A stretch of 63,559 bases of DNA, counting the filler. It is 3 parts of 3 records of this genome, joined end to end, with 100 filler letters (N's around TTAATTAATTAA, not from the genome) between each part and the next. Parts side by side here need not be neighbours in the genome. Positions count along the whole stretch, not along the records: positions 13,523 to 41,091 come from SRR20825019_2162; positions 41,192 to 63,559 come from SRR20825019_2171; 1 more part is not named here. One strand, given 5' to 3'. The notes under the pieces were generated by a model. The model ran no database searches. It saw only the letters and a program-made list of their open reading frames with translations, and was not told the origin of the DNA. This document shows, piece after piece, positions 37,932-49,246 of this stretch. How positions within the stretch are numbered: position 1 is the first letter of the stretch; each line of letters opens with the position of its first letter. Position numbers and translations under genes: made by a program.

Positions 37932-40913
37932 TCACCCAGTGTAATTGGCGAGGACTTCATCAAGGCACTCTCTGTGATACCAATCTTCTTTGAATTTGCA
38001 GAGGCTTCCTTCGATAGGCTTGGAACACTTTACGCAAGTTTCCGTGTTGGCCTTGTTCAAGTCTGCTATTATGGCATCCATGCAGGCTTTGTCGTAGTAC
38101 TGGTCCTTAAAACTGCAGAGACCTCCTTCGATGGGATTTCCGCACCTAGCACAGTTCTGGGAGGGAGGAGGCGCGGAAGACACCACTGTTGTGGTTGTCG
38201 CTGGTGCCGAGGAAGTGGAGACTGTGGTTGGGGCAGCTCCTGCATTCATTTCAGCAATGATCTTGTCCACACAGGGCATGTGGTGATATTGATCTCGGAA
38301 CAGGCACGGAGTGTCGGTAATCTCTTGCTGGCAGTGGGCGCAAACCTTTGGGTCGGCAGGACCAGAAGAAACTACTGTTCCCCCCCCTCCTCCCATAAAC
38401 TCCTGCATTACAATTTGGCTGCATTCTTCGTGGTATTTCTGTCCATTGAACTGAGAGAAGAGGCCCTCAATGGGTTTGTCACATCGAGCGCATGTGTAAG
38501 ATGTTACTGGAATGGGCTCGCCTCGAACTGGAGCAGATGTAGTAACAGTGGCGGTTTGAGCAGGAGGTGTCACACCCTTAGGGTAACATTCATTGGCTAG
38601 CATGGGCTTCACACAGTCAGCGTGAAGCTTGTAGACCTTATCGCCTTGCTCTAGCTCAGTCCCATCCATAATATCAGCAATCATTGTACCGCAGTACTCG
38701 CAAGTACCCACAGGTGGAATGCATTCCCTGTGCCACATCACATCTTCAAGCATGAACTTTCCCTTGTAGTCAAGTCGGAAGCGCTCGCCGCATCCTCCAC
38801 AACGTTCGGTATCATAGCCTTCCTGGTTGGCTTCTAAAGCCTCCCTGTAGTCAGCATCAAGGCACTCATAGTGGGAGTACCACCTCTTCCGCTTCTCCTC
38901 ATCTGAAATGCCCTCCGGGCATCCTGGCAAGACATGGGGTCGGTCACCATTCTCCTTGTCAATTTTGCCCTGGCATCTGCAACAATAGTCCGTCGCCAGG
39001 CGCTCGTTCTCCATCTGAACTTGTTGCATGATCCGTTCGTTCTCTTCCGCGATTCGTTTGTAGTATTCTTTCCTCCATTCTTCCACAGCAGCATTGAAGC
39101 AACGGCAGCAGGTAATAAACTTCTCTTTTTCCTCAGGGGTCTCAGCGTTCTCAAGCTTCTCGACGAGTTCTGGGAAGTATTCTTTGTCCTTCACTTCAAT
39201 GGGGGAATACGGATTGGTATTGGAGAACGGCTCCGAGCAAATGATGCACTTGAAACGCTCCTGGAAGCACGTGACGTGGTGTTTCTGCAGGTTTTGGTCA
39301 TGAAGGGAGGGTTTGTCTCCAATGGCATCTCCACAAGTAGTGCATCTCTCGCACCCAAGATGATAAGGCTTCGTTCCGCCGTCCTTAATGGGCACAATCT
39401 TGTGGGCCTCGCCAATGATGCTGTTACAGTCACAGTCATGTGAGAACAAAATCACAGTTTCATCGCTTGACACTTACATAGGTAGGTTGCATCCAGCACA
39501 AACCATGTCACCCCAAGCACGAATGGGATCCGAGGGCTTGAAGTTAGTAATGACAGGACGTCTGACTTCTTCCGCGCACATGGATGGGTCAAAATTGGTT
39601 TCTCCCTTTGCGGGATCGGCACGGAAGGGGTTCTTCCACCCTTTCTCGTACTCGTCAAAGAATTCGGCGGCATAGTTGATGGTTGTTTGGAAAGAACAAG
39701 TCTTGTCAAGCCCGTGGTACACACCAATATAGTGCATTTCTCGATCGAATATGTTTGCACGGTGACCGCGACTGGGAACTCCGTCATCAATAGCAAGTCC
39801 AAGCGCCACTTCTAGGGGAGAGGGCGCTCCGTAGGCGCAGCTCTCAGAGCATGCAATAGCTGTGTGCTTCCCATCTTTGTGGAAGCGCATCAAACGCTGG
39901 CCGTGACCAATGTCCTTCTTTCCGTATTTTTCAGGGTGCGTTGGGCTCCCGTGGCCACAGAAACCATTCAGTCCCATCCATCGACCATGGAGACGTGCAA
40001 TCGCACAGAGCATTGGTGATGGTTTCAGAATCGGGTAGTAGGTCTTACCGGGATTCTTCTTGCCATAGTTGGTGATGAGCTGATGCTGCCGCTTAAAGAA
40101 TGATATGATCTCTTGAAGCACGGCTGTAGATTCGCTCAATGACCACGAATATGCAATGGAACCATCGGCGCGCTTCCAGTTGATGCACCTGGATCATGGA
40201 TCAGCAAGGCACGTCAAGACGTGTTGACACCTCACCTTCCATTTCCACCTTTAGAGTGGTCAATACAGTCAATCCACTTCTCTTGTATAACTTTCACAAA
40301 CTGAAGTGGATTTTGCCGCAACTCGTTGTGGTAACGAATGATCTCTAACTCATAGTCGCTGGTTGTCCTCGCATCAGATCACGAGCGAAACATAACTCAA
40401 CAAATACATACCTAAGAATTCCATACAGACTTTTTGGGGAGTGCTTCTCGCTTGTCTGGTCGATGCTCAAGGCGATTCCGAGCCACCCCTTTTCAATCAC
40501 CGAAGTGGATAGATTCTTAGGCTAGCCGTGTGTAAGCTTACCAAACGATCATGCGATCTGTAGTCTCGCTACTTACTGCAGAGAGAGCAGTACGGTACTT
40601 TTCCGCGGATTCACCACCCCACCACTTCTCGAACTGTTCTACTGTCAAAGAGTCACCTCCTGACTGAGCCTAGGCCAGGTGTGGAGTGTAAGTATATCGC
40701 GACGAACATACACAGGCTCGTGTGAAAACGCAGATTACTCACCTGCACAAGCTCCTTGGCTTCGTCTAGTGTAATAGTTTCTCCTCGCACAACAGCATAC
40801 GAATAGACTTCCTCTGCGGTAATGGTCTTATCATGGTTGAGATCGAGGTCCTCAAAGACTTCTGCCGGACCACGAGTCGCGCTATTCGCAACAGCAGATG
40901 CACCGGAGCCCAT
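37932..40913 (-). CDS. N-myristoylated EF-hand + CAP/SCP + LIM/zinc-finger multidomain protein (about 898 aa, 6 exons)
   Basis: Exons 40743-40913, 40577-40669, 40412-40521, 40236-40358, 39478-40188 and 37932-39420 sum to 2697 nt in frame, with GT-AG introns of 47-73 nt. Motifs MGSGAS, EF loop DLNHDKTITAEE, CAP motifs HNELRQNP and LAIDDGVPSRGHRANIF, and repeated CxxC..HxxC fingers. Confidence 0.85.
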
Positions 40914-41091
40914 TTTTGCTGTTAAGAGTTGGAAATAGTATGGAAAGTATGCATCTGTATACATTGATCGCCTCGTGATCGCTTCACTTGTGTCACAGCA
41001 CTGTCAGTGGCGATTGCTTAGGAAGGCTGAGGTCGGGACGGAGGGACCCGGGGACCGGGAGAGGGGCGGGGGGCGGGGGGGGGGGGGGGGG

Positions 41092-41191
41092 NNNNNNNNN
41101 NNNNNNNNNNNNNNNNNNNNNNNNNNNNNNNNNNNTTAATTAATTAANNNNNNNNNNNNNNNNNNNNNNNNNNNNNNNNNNNNNNNNNNNN
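41092..41191. other. Artificial contig junction (N44-TTAATTAATTAA-N44)
   Basis: N runs with a six-frame stop linker. Confidence 0.99.
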
Positions 41192-41668
41192 ACCGCCGGC
41201 TGCTGCGCCGACGCCCCCGCCTCCCGCGCCGCCCCCTCCAGCAGTTGGCGCCACCCCGCCCCCACCGGCACCTCCGCCCCCCGCAGGAAGACCGGCTGGA
41301 TCTCCGGCACCCCCGCCTCCCCCGGCCCCTGGTGCTGGTGCTCCAAGGCCCCCCTCTGGAGGCGGTGGCGCGCCTTTGACTTTGAGCTCGGGCGCGTTTG
41401 CGGATGAGTTGAGGCGCAAGGCGGAGCTCCGTGCGGCAAGCCCAGCACCCCCGGACCCTCGGCCGCACTCTATGCTGTCGTCAGGAACACCGCCGCCGCC
41501 ACCCCCCGGCGGTGGAGCAGCTCCGGTGAGTCACATCCCGATAGAGGATGGATCTGCGCTAACTGACTTCATTTTTCTTCCCAGTCGCCCTCAGGTGGAG
41601 GTGGAGGCAACATGCAGGACGAGCTCCAGGCGCGCCTCGCTCGGATGCGCTCCAAAGCAGCGCAGTAG
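41192..41668 (+). CDS. 3' end of a polyproline protein with WH2-like helices (actin-regulator-like), partial
   Basis: Frame reads PPPPAPPPP...AFADELRRKAELR...PPPPPGGG, then intron 41526-41584, then SPSGGGGGNMQDELQARLARMRSKAAQ*. The WH2-like assignment is inference. Confidence 0.6.
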
Positions 41669-41766
41669 TAAAGCTGCGAATAGTTGTACACCCAAACGGG
41701 TTGATTTTGCATTCAAATTTATAATGATCATTTGGCGTCAAAGGGATCGCCGCATACAAGCGCGAT

Positions 41767-44118
41767 CTAGGCACCCACGAAGAGCGGGCCGAGGACGAGG
41801 ATGGTGGTGGACATGGTGGTGATGATGACGTGGAGCGCGGGGCCCGCCGTGTCTTTGAAAGGGTCCCCAACAGTGTCACCAGTCACCGCGGCCTTGTGGG
41901 CCTCGCTGCCTTTGCCTCCGTGGTTGCCTGCTTCGATGAACTTCTTGGCATTGTCCCAGGCGCCGCCGCCGTTGTCAAAGAACATGGCCATCAGCAGCGC
42001 GGTGAGGCTTGCGAATATGATCATGGCCGCAAGGACTTCCACGGCCATCATGGGTTGCTCCATGTAGACGCCAATCTGACGGAATATTCCTCCGACGACA
42101 AGGGGGGTTCCCAGGGCGAATACGGCGGGTTTCACCATCTCCCGGAGGGCGGCCTTGGTGACGATCGCGACACAAACGCCGTACTCGGGCCGCTCGGTGC
42201 CCTCCATGATCCCTGGAATCTCACGGAACTGCCGCCGCACCTCCCTCACGACCTCCGCCGCTGTCTTGCCCACGCCCGCGATGGCCCATGAGCTGAACAC
42301 AAAGATAAGCATGATACCCAGGAGCCCGCCTACGAGCACCTCGATCTTGGCAACATCCACCGTCCTGAAAGGCACGCCGGTGTAGATAGTGATCTCATCC
42401 AAATACGCCCGGAAAAGGACAAAACAAGCAAGGGCCGAGCCTCCCACAGCGTAGCCCTTGGTGGCGGCCTTGGTCACATTGCCCACAGCATCGAGCTGGT
42501 CTGTCACCACGCGGACGCTCTCCGGCTGGTCGCTCATCTCCACGATGCCGCCGGCATTATCAGCGATGGGACCAAAGTTGTTCATGCTGAGGACGTACAC
42601 GGCCGTGCAGAGCATCCCCATGGTAGCGACTGCCGTGCCAAACAGCCCGGCGGTCTCGCTCTTGATGCCGGAGGTGGCCCCTAGCGAATACGCCACAAGC
42701 AGGGAGATAGCGATCACTATGGTGGGCATGCCCGTGGACTCCATGCCTACGCTGATGCCGGCAATGATGTTGGTGCCGTGGCCCGTGGTGGAAGAGGACG
42801 CGATCAGCCTTACGGGGCCGTAGTTGTAGTCTGTGTAGTACTGGGTGATGTTGATCAGGCAGTAGGCGGCGACCATACCGACAAGGCCGCACCCAGCAAA
42901 GTGGTACCACGCCGTGGGCACAGTGTCCGTGTAGAGAAGGATGCGAGAGGCGCCGATGAAGCCAAAGACGGCCACGAACATGGTCACGAGGTAGCCACTC
43001 TTCATGATCTTAAGGGGGTCCTCCCCGTCCCGGATGGCAGAGGACCTGACGTACAGGATTCCGATGGAACTGACCACAATATCGAAGGAGTGGATCAGGA
43101 GCGGGAAGAACACGAACGACTCGGGGTTGTCGAGATGGGCCTCGGTGGCCATCTGACTGCCCAGGACCATCGTGCCAATAATCTCCGCAGCGATGCTCTC
43201 AAACACGTCCGCCATGCTCCCGGCACAGTCACCCACGTTGTCACCCACGAGGTCAGCAATCACAGCGGGGTTCCGGGGGTCGTCCTCAGGGATGTCCGCC
43301 TCCACCTTCCCCACCATGTCCGCGCCCACATCGGCCGCCTTGGTGTAAATTCCGCCTCCAAGCTGCATGAACAGGGCCACAAACGAGGCTCCGAAGCCAT
43401 ACCCGGACAGCAGCAGCGGAATCCGCGCCGGGCGCATCCCCATAATCTGCACAAAGACAACAAAGCAGACCGCATAGAGAACCGTCACACCAAAGATGCA
43501 AAGGCAAGCCGAGAGGAGGGAGGAGAAGGCGCCGCCGCGGAAGGAGCAGAGGAGCGCGTCGGGGTAGTTGTGCGCGGCCGCCGCAGCGGCCACCCTCAGG
43601 TTGGCACGGACCGAGACCCAGACTCCGATATAACCGGCGAACGCACTGCACACAGCGCCGATAAGGAACGAGGCGGAGGTGAGGAGCGCGAGGCTGAGGC
43701 GCCCGATGGTGAGCTCCGGGGAGGGCTCACGGTAGAGGTAGAGGACAAAGAGGCCGCCCGCGGTGAACACCATCATCTTGGCGATGGAGCCGTACTGAAT
43801 CCTGAGGAAGCCCTCGGCGCCCTCGCGGATGGCGTCCGCAATGTCTTGCATGCGGTCGTCGCCCTGGTCCAGGGCAAGGATATACTGGGCCAGGTAGAGC
43901 GCCAGGTAGAAGCCACCGAGGCACACCATCAATACAATCCCCACGTGTAGGCCGCCGGCCCCCATGCTCAAAACCAGCATCAGTGTGAGGATCAAGTACA
44001 CCCCGACCACGGGCACCAGCCATCCTGTCGGCACGCTCGAGGCCTGGCGCTTGGTCCCGCGCGCCGGTACGGGACTGCCGAAGCCCTCCACGTCTTGAAG
44101 TTGGTGGGTTCTATCCAT
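41767..44118 (-). CDS. Membrane H+-translocating pyrophosphatase, K+-independent (type II/AVP2-like), about 783 aa
   Basis: GGIYTKAADVGADMVGKVE, DDPRNPAVIADLVGDNVGD, GGAWDNAKK and GDTVGDPFKD. GNVTKA has Lys at the K+-dependence-determining position. The ATG at 44118 follows an apparent 5'-UTR intron. Confidence 0.96.
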   Translation of the reverse strand: MDRTHQLQDVEGFGSPVPARGTKRQASSVPTGWLVPVVGVYLILTLMLVLSMGAGGLHVGIVLMVCLGGFYLALYLAQYILALDQGDDRMQDIADAIREGAEGFLRIQYGSIAKMMVFTAGGLFVLYLYREPSPELTIGRLSLALLTSASFLIGAVCSAFAGYIGVWVSVRANLRVAAAAAAHNYPDALLCSFRGGAFSSLLSACLCIFGVTVLYAVCFVVFVQIMGMRPARIPLLLSGYGFGASFVALFMQLGGGIYTKAADVGADMVGKVEADIPEDDPRNPAVIADLVGDNVGDCAGSMADVFESIAAEIIGTMVLGSQMATEAHLDNPESFVFFPLLIHSFDIVVSSIGILYVRSSAIRDGEDPLKIMKSGYLVTMFVAVFGFIGASRILLYTDTVPTAWYHFAGCGLVGMVAAYCLINITQYYTDYNYGPVRLIASSSTTGHGTNIIAGISVGMESTGMPTIVIAISLLVAYSLGATSGIKSETAGLFGTAVATMGMLCTAVYVLSMNNFGPIADNAGGIVEMSDQPESVRVVTDQLDAVGNVTKAATKGYAVGGSALACFVLFRAYLDEITIYTGVPFRTVDVAKIEVLVGGLLGIMLIFVFSSWAIAGVGKTAAEVVREVRRQFREIPGIMEGTERPEYGVCVAIVTKAALREMVKPAVFALGTPLVVGGIFRQIGVYMEQPMMAVEVLAAMIIFASLTALLMAMFFDNGGGAWDNAKKFIEAGNHGGKGSEAHKAAVTGDTVGDPFKDTAGPALHVIITTMSTTILVLGPLFVGA

Positions 44119-45293
44119 TATATTCTGCGGGGGACACGAAAGGTCAGCGACCGAACCGGGAAGCCGCAGGCTGTGTGGCGCCGCTGCGCGAGCATCATAC
44201 CTTCGAACCGCTGTTGTCAATACTCCCACGTAGCATCAACAACAAAAACAGCAAGAATCCACCGGACCAATCTATTATTGCAGAAAACATATGTCGGACG
44301 TTCATATATACATGAGCGGGCTGGTGGACACTGGCAGGGGCCCTTCCACACCAAGTCAGAGGCCCGGAGCGCTCCACCGCCCAGGCCAGCGGCGCCTTGT
44401 CCTAGAGACGCGGCCCATTGCTGTACAGAATGAGACTGCGGTGGCAGTAAGTCCACAGCGACTTTCCACTGGTCAGGGCTCAGGCTGAGCGGGGGGGGCG
44501 CTTAGTGGGGCCTCCCCGCTTGGCAGTCCAGGCTGGGTGCGGTCGGCCCCAGCCCGCAGCGACCCAGCGCTCGGGTGTGGGGGCGATCAGTTGATCAGAC
44601 GGAAGGCCGGGCCATGCAGGGCGATCGGTGAGGGCCAGCCCGGCCGCGGCTCGTCACGTCGCTGACGGGACCGGCGACCGGGCCGCTGCTGACCGGTCGA
44701 CTTGCCATGCACCGGGTCGTTCATCATTGGGACGGTTCCTCCGATCGCCTCGCGAGAATGACTCGGTTGTGACTCAGTCGGCAGCCGTACAATCTCGAAA
44801 ATCTTGAGATTCCCAAGATTGATTTGATTAGGGCCCATCATCAGAGTAACGCCTGCACGGCGTCACTGGTGACACGGGTTGGGTACACTGTGATCGTGCG
44901 CCACTCCACCGGACAGGACCGCCGCGGTCGCGGCAGTGAGTATTGGCCCGCCTGAGCCTTGGGGTTCTTACCGAGCCACTGCGCCGGAAGAGAGGATGAC
45001 TGCCGCCACCAGACTTGGTTTCGGTCCTCGAGCTAGGTCGTGCGGGTGTGGACTAAAGCCCCGCTGTGCACTAGCCCCGAATACGGCCCGGTCGGGGCAC
45101 CTGGAGTGGCAAGTCAGTGGCGCGAGTACGTCCAGTGCAAACGGCTCGCACAGGACAACCGCGGACAGGACTACACTACCAAGGCTGAACTCCGAAGTGA
45201 CTCTCTCGTGAGAGGTGAGACCCCTTCCGGAACTGGGATAAGATCACCCAGTGGCACCACGATGGCCCTTCAATACCACCGGACGACTACCTC

Positions 45294-47213
45294 ATGGGCG
45301 CATCAGCGAGCGTGGGTCGGCAGGGTGGGACTGTGACGCCCCCTCCGGGAGTGATTGAGGTCAACGCACCACCCCAGCCATACAAAAGCATCGGGCCTCC
45401 AAAGCTCCTGCCCTCCGAGGATGACAGCCTGGACGTGCTGCAGGGGAGGGGGGCCACGGCGAAGTTGCCGATGAGTGAGACGATGGAGCGGCGGTACAAT
45501 GAGAAAAAGAGCACAAGCGAAATGGCGAGGCGCAAGTCCGGCATGCTGGTGCGGCGGCAGTCGTATGTCAACACCCAGAAAGCAAAGATAGACATGATCT
45601 TGAAGGAGGAGATCCCCGCGGAGATCGCCCACCTTGACGAGGCCATTGGGCTGCAGAAGAGTGAGTTGCGGCGTGGGAGGCAACGGTGTTGCTTGGGCCC
45701 GCGGGTTGTCGTGGCTGATGAGTGTGTTTGCCACAGGGGACGCGCTAGGCAAGACGGACTTTGAAGACCCGGAGAAGGACGGACACCTGACGTGCACTAA
45801 GCAACGGAACCACAAGGGCATATTCGTGCCTTCAGTGAATAGGGACGCGGACCCGAAGCTGTTCCGCGCGTGCCAGCTCAACCACCACGTCTGCGCGCAC
45901 ACACTGATCAACCAAGGAGCAAATGTGAGTTGGAGCGAAGGGTGAGGACGGCAATGTGTGACCCTGCACCCCAGGTGAACCAAACCTTTGTCAACATGCT
46001 TACACCGGCGCATGTGGCGTGCTACGGCGGTCACCTCAACACACTCAAAGTCCTATTGGCTTTCAAATGCGATGTGAGTTAACAGGGAGCTGGGGCTTGG
46101 GTCCCGCGAGTGGAAAGTTGGGCGGGGAGTTTTGGGTTCGCCGAGGGGCTCGCTGTAGATCAATGCACTGACGCTGGCGCAGTTGTTCGCATTGGACACC
46201 CATGGTATGGCGCCGATTCACGCTGCGGCTAGCCGCAACAACACAACACGTAAGCGATTGTGTCAGTTTTTATGGCGGGGGAGGTGCTGAGCGGCTTGGG
46301 CAGTGGTCAAGGTGTTGATCATTCACACGCCCGAGGTAAAGCACATCTTCTCTAACGAGGGCCTCTTTCCCCTCCACGTCGCTGCAAAGTACAACGCCGC
46401 GGCGACGATCGACGCGCTGCTGACGGTGGAGCCGAAGAACCCCGATATCCACGGCAAGGACGGCTGGCGGCCCCTGCATGTGAGTGTGGCTTGCAGTGTT
46501 GTGGCTGGTCCAGATGGCTGATGCCACTCGGCCCCGCTCGCAGTTTGCCGCCAAGCACGGCCACTCGCTCTCGTGTCAGGTACTGATCCACCACGGGGCA
46601 AGGGCGGTGGAGCCCGCGGACGAAAACACATCGTTTGGGACGCCGCTGCATCTGGCAGCCGCGGAGGTGAGACGGGAGCTGGGAGGGCAGGGCAGAGGGC
46701 CGTTTCTAAACTTAAGACTGCAGGGATATCTCGATGTATGCAACACTCTGCTACTGGCGGGCGCCGAGGCAACGGCGCTGAACAAACTCCAGGAGACACC
46801 ACTGCACTCCGCATGCATGGCCGGCAACTATTACATCGCACATATGCTGCTGGAGCACGGAGCCCAGCTGGACGTTCAGAGTGTGTACGGCGATACCCCG
46901 CTCCATCTAGCCGCTCGAAACGGCCACGCCAACTGTGTGAAGCTGCTTCTGCAATGCGGCGCGCGGGTGAACATTGAGAACCTGGTGAGTGGCGGGGCTT
47001 GTGGGTTGAGGGCTGCTGGTTCAAATGGTGCCGGGTCTAACATGGACCGTACAGAATGGACGCACCCCTCTAGATAGCGCATATACATCAGGAAAGGAGG
47101 AGTGCGGCGACTACCTGCGCCAGTACGGTGGAGGGTGCCGCCTGCTTGCCAGTGAGAACCTCGTCATGAAGGGTGGCAGCATGGAGATCTCCACCGCACG
47201 ACTCATGAAGTGA
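45294..47213 (+). CDS. Ankyrin-repeat protein with N-myristoylation motif, multi-exon
   Basis: MGASAS start and repeated TPLH/PLH..A ankyrin motifs (TPAHVACYGGH, PLHVAAKYN, TPLHSACMAGN, TPLHLAARNGH) across exons separated by short GT-AG introns. Confidence 0.85.
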
Positions 47214-47428
47214 AGAGCATAAACCCTGCCCGGCTGTCACATATAACCCCCTCCACTCTCCCTGCCTTCCTCCTTAGCTATTAATGCACACTTCACACCT
47301 GGCGGATATGGGAATTTCTAATGATTATCGACATACGCCAACCCATCCTTCACTACAAAGGACAATATCCCTTCCGTTGCCCGGGCTCGCGCCCGGCAGG
47401 GCCGAATGAATTAGATAACAATATTTTC

Positions 47429-48229
47429 CTAGAACAAGGCCTGCGCACAAAACTCAGCACACGTCCGCGGGTTGGAACCACGCGCCGGCCGTACCTCAAA
47501 GTTGATCGTCATATTACTGAGCATGTTGGGGTGTCTCTCGATCATGGACTTGTACTCCTCCTGGCTAATGGTGTCGTCACCGTCGGCGTCAGCCTCCGCG
47601 AATGTTGCGTCCACGATCGCCATCTTCTGTTCGTCAGACAAGCGCATATTCACCGCCCCCAGATGAGCCTCAAACATATTCAACAGCTCGGTTTTGCTGA
47701 TGGTACCGTCACCATCAGCGTCATACATTTTGAAGGAAACTGCAGACGCCACAAGTCACACACCAGGCGAAGACAGCTGAAACGCGGATGGCACATACAC
47801 AGGATTTTCTCGGAGCGCGGGCAGTTCTTACTGAAAATAGACAGCCCCTGGATAAACTCCTCTTCTGTAATAAAGTCGTCACCGTTGTCATCAAAAATGG
47901 CAAACATCCGATCAACGAAAATGGAAGGTTTTAGCTGAGAACGGGAGGGTCAGCCGGCATAGTGGGGCAAACACGCTCCGTCTGTCCCCACCTGAAGAGC
48001 TTTTTGGAACTCATCCTTTGTGATGAGACCATTGTCGTCAATGGACGCGCTAATCTCATGGTAGAGTTGGTGGAGGCCGGCTGCCTCGTCTTTCGTGACT
48101 GCAAACACCAGCTAGTCAGGACCAGCCTATAAGCCCCTGAACAGCACACGCACAGTAACCAGTGTCAAAGTTGGCGACCTCCTTCTTGGCCTTTTCTGCT
48201 GCCGCAGGGTTTGAGTTCTTGTTTCCCAT
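47429..48229 (-). CDS. CBL: Calcineurin B-like (plant-type CBL) calcium sensor, 5 exons
   Basis: Spliced product MGNKNS...FTKDEAAGLHQLYHEISASIDDNGLITKDEFQKAL..IFVDRMFAIFDDNGDDFITEEEFIQGLSIFS..EKILFSFKMYDADGDGTISKTEL..IVDATFAEADADGDDTISQEEY..HPNMLSNMTI. The 14-residue first EF loop is the CBL hallmark. Confidence 0.85.
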
Positions 48230-49246
48230 GACGGATTCCCGCCGGTCACTGGGTTCTAGCCTCCTCAAACACACCTCTCGCCAATCCTGTTCCGCACCTT
48301 ATACATATGGGACGACGGAGTAGTCCGCCCCGTTGTTCCTGGAAAGACTGCCATCCCACATGACCCCGGCGTTGCAGACCGGTGTGGGGCCGCCTGGGCC
48401 TGGCGCGAGCGGACTCACAGAGGGCCCTGGCCACACGCTCATGAAGCTGGCTACTTCTCAGTTTGGGGGCCTACGGACGGGCCCGGTTCTCGGAGGCGGC
48501 CAGAAAGCACTGGCTGATTGACGGGGATTGACTGGCCGGTCAGTTTTCTGGATCCGATGCCGAGGCTGCGCCCCTGGCGGGCTCGGCTGTGCACGGGCGC
48601 GAAGCCAGGCGGCAGTCGACTGCAGGCTGTGCGCAATGCCACGCCCACCACGTCATCAGGCTGGTGTCCACTCGGACGATTACCCATGCGGGCCGGACGG
48701 TCGTTTTTCCGCGGGCTGTCGTGCACTGTGCGGCGCCATTATCCACCACCAGTGGCTAGGGCGCCTTATCCTCTTTATTTAACGAATGTCTCGATTTAAC
48801 ATAATGCTATCGGGATTAGTCCTTCCCGACGGCGCAAGACACCCACACCTGATCAACCACCGAACCCAATCGCAGTGGCGGCGACAGCGTGACGGACAGA
48901 AGGACCCGCACCGCCGCCCCCCTGCCGCACTGGGCGTCACTGCACAGCCGCAAAAGCACACTTCATCAAGTGCCACCGTCTGCCAGACAGACTCGGACGG
49001 GCGTGTGCCCCCTCATCGATCCCCCCCCGGACCGATCGGATCTGGCATCCTCGGGTCGGCGCGCCTCCCCCGATAGGACGGCCATGCGAAGCTCACTCGG
49101 TCGCGGGCCAGCCGAGGGGCGGCAGTGACTGCCCGCCGCTGAGGAACGGATATGCCCAACATGGCCAACTGACAGCCTGCCGGGTGTAACCCCTCATTAT
49201 AATTAAATATCTCTCCAGTCCTAAAGAGTGCAGTGATTATCCTGTC

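Noticed and set aside
13523-41091. Poly-C start and poly-G end of contig 2 as telomeres of a nanochromosome
   Set aside because: These are homopolymers with no telomeric repeat unit. They are better explained by assembly breaks at G-tracts in GC islands or by two-colour sequencing poly-G artefacts.
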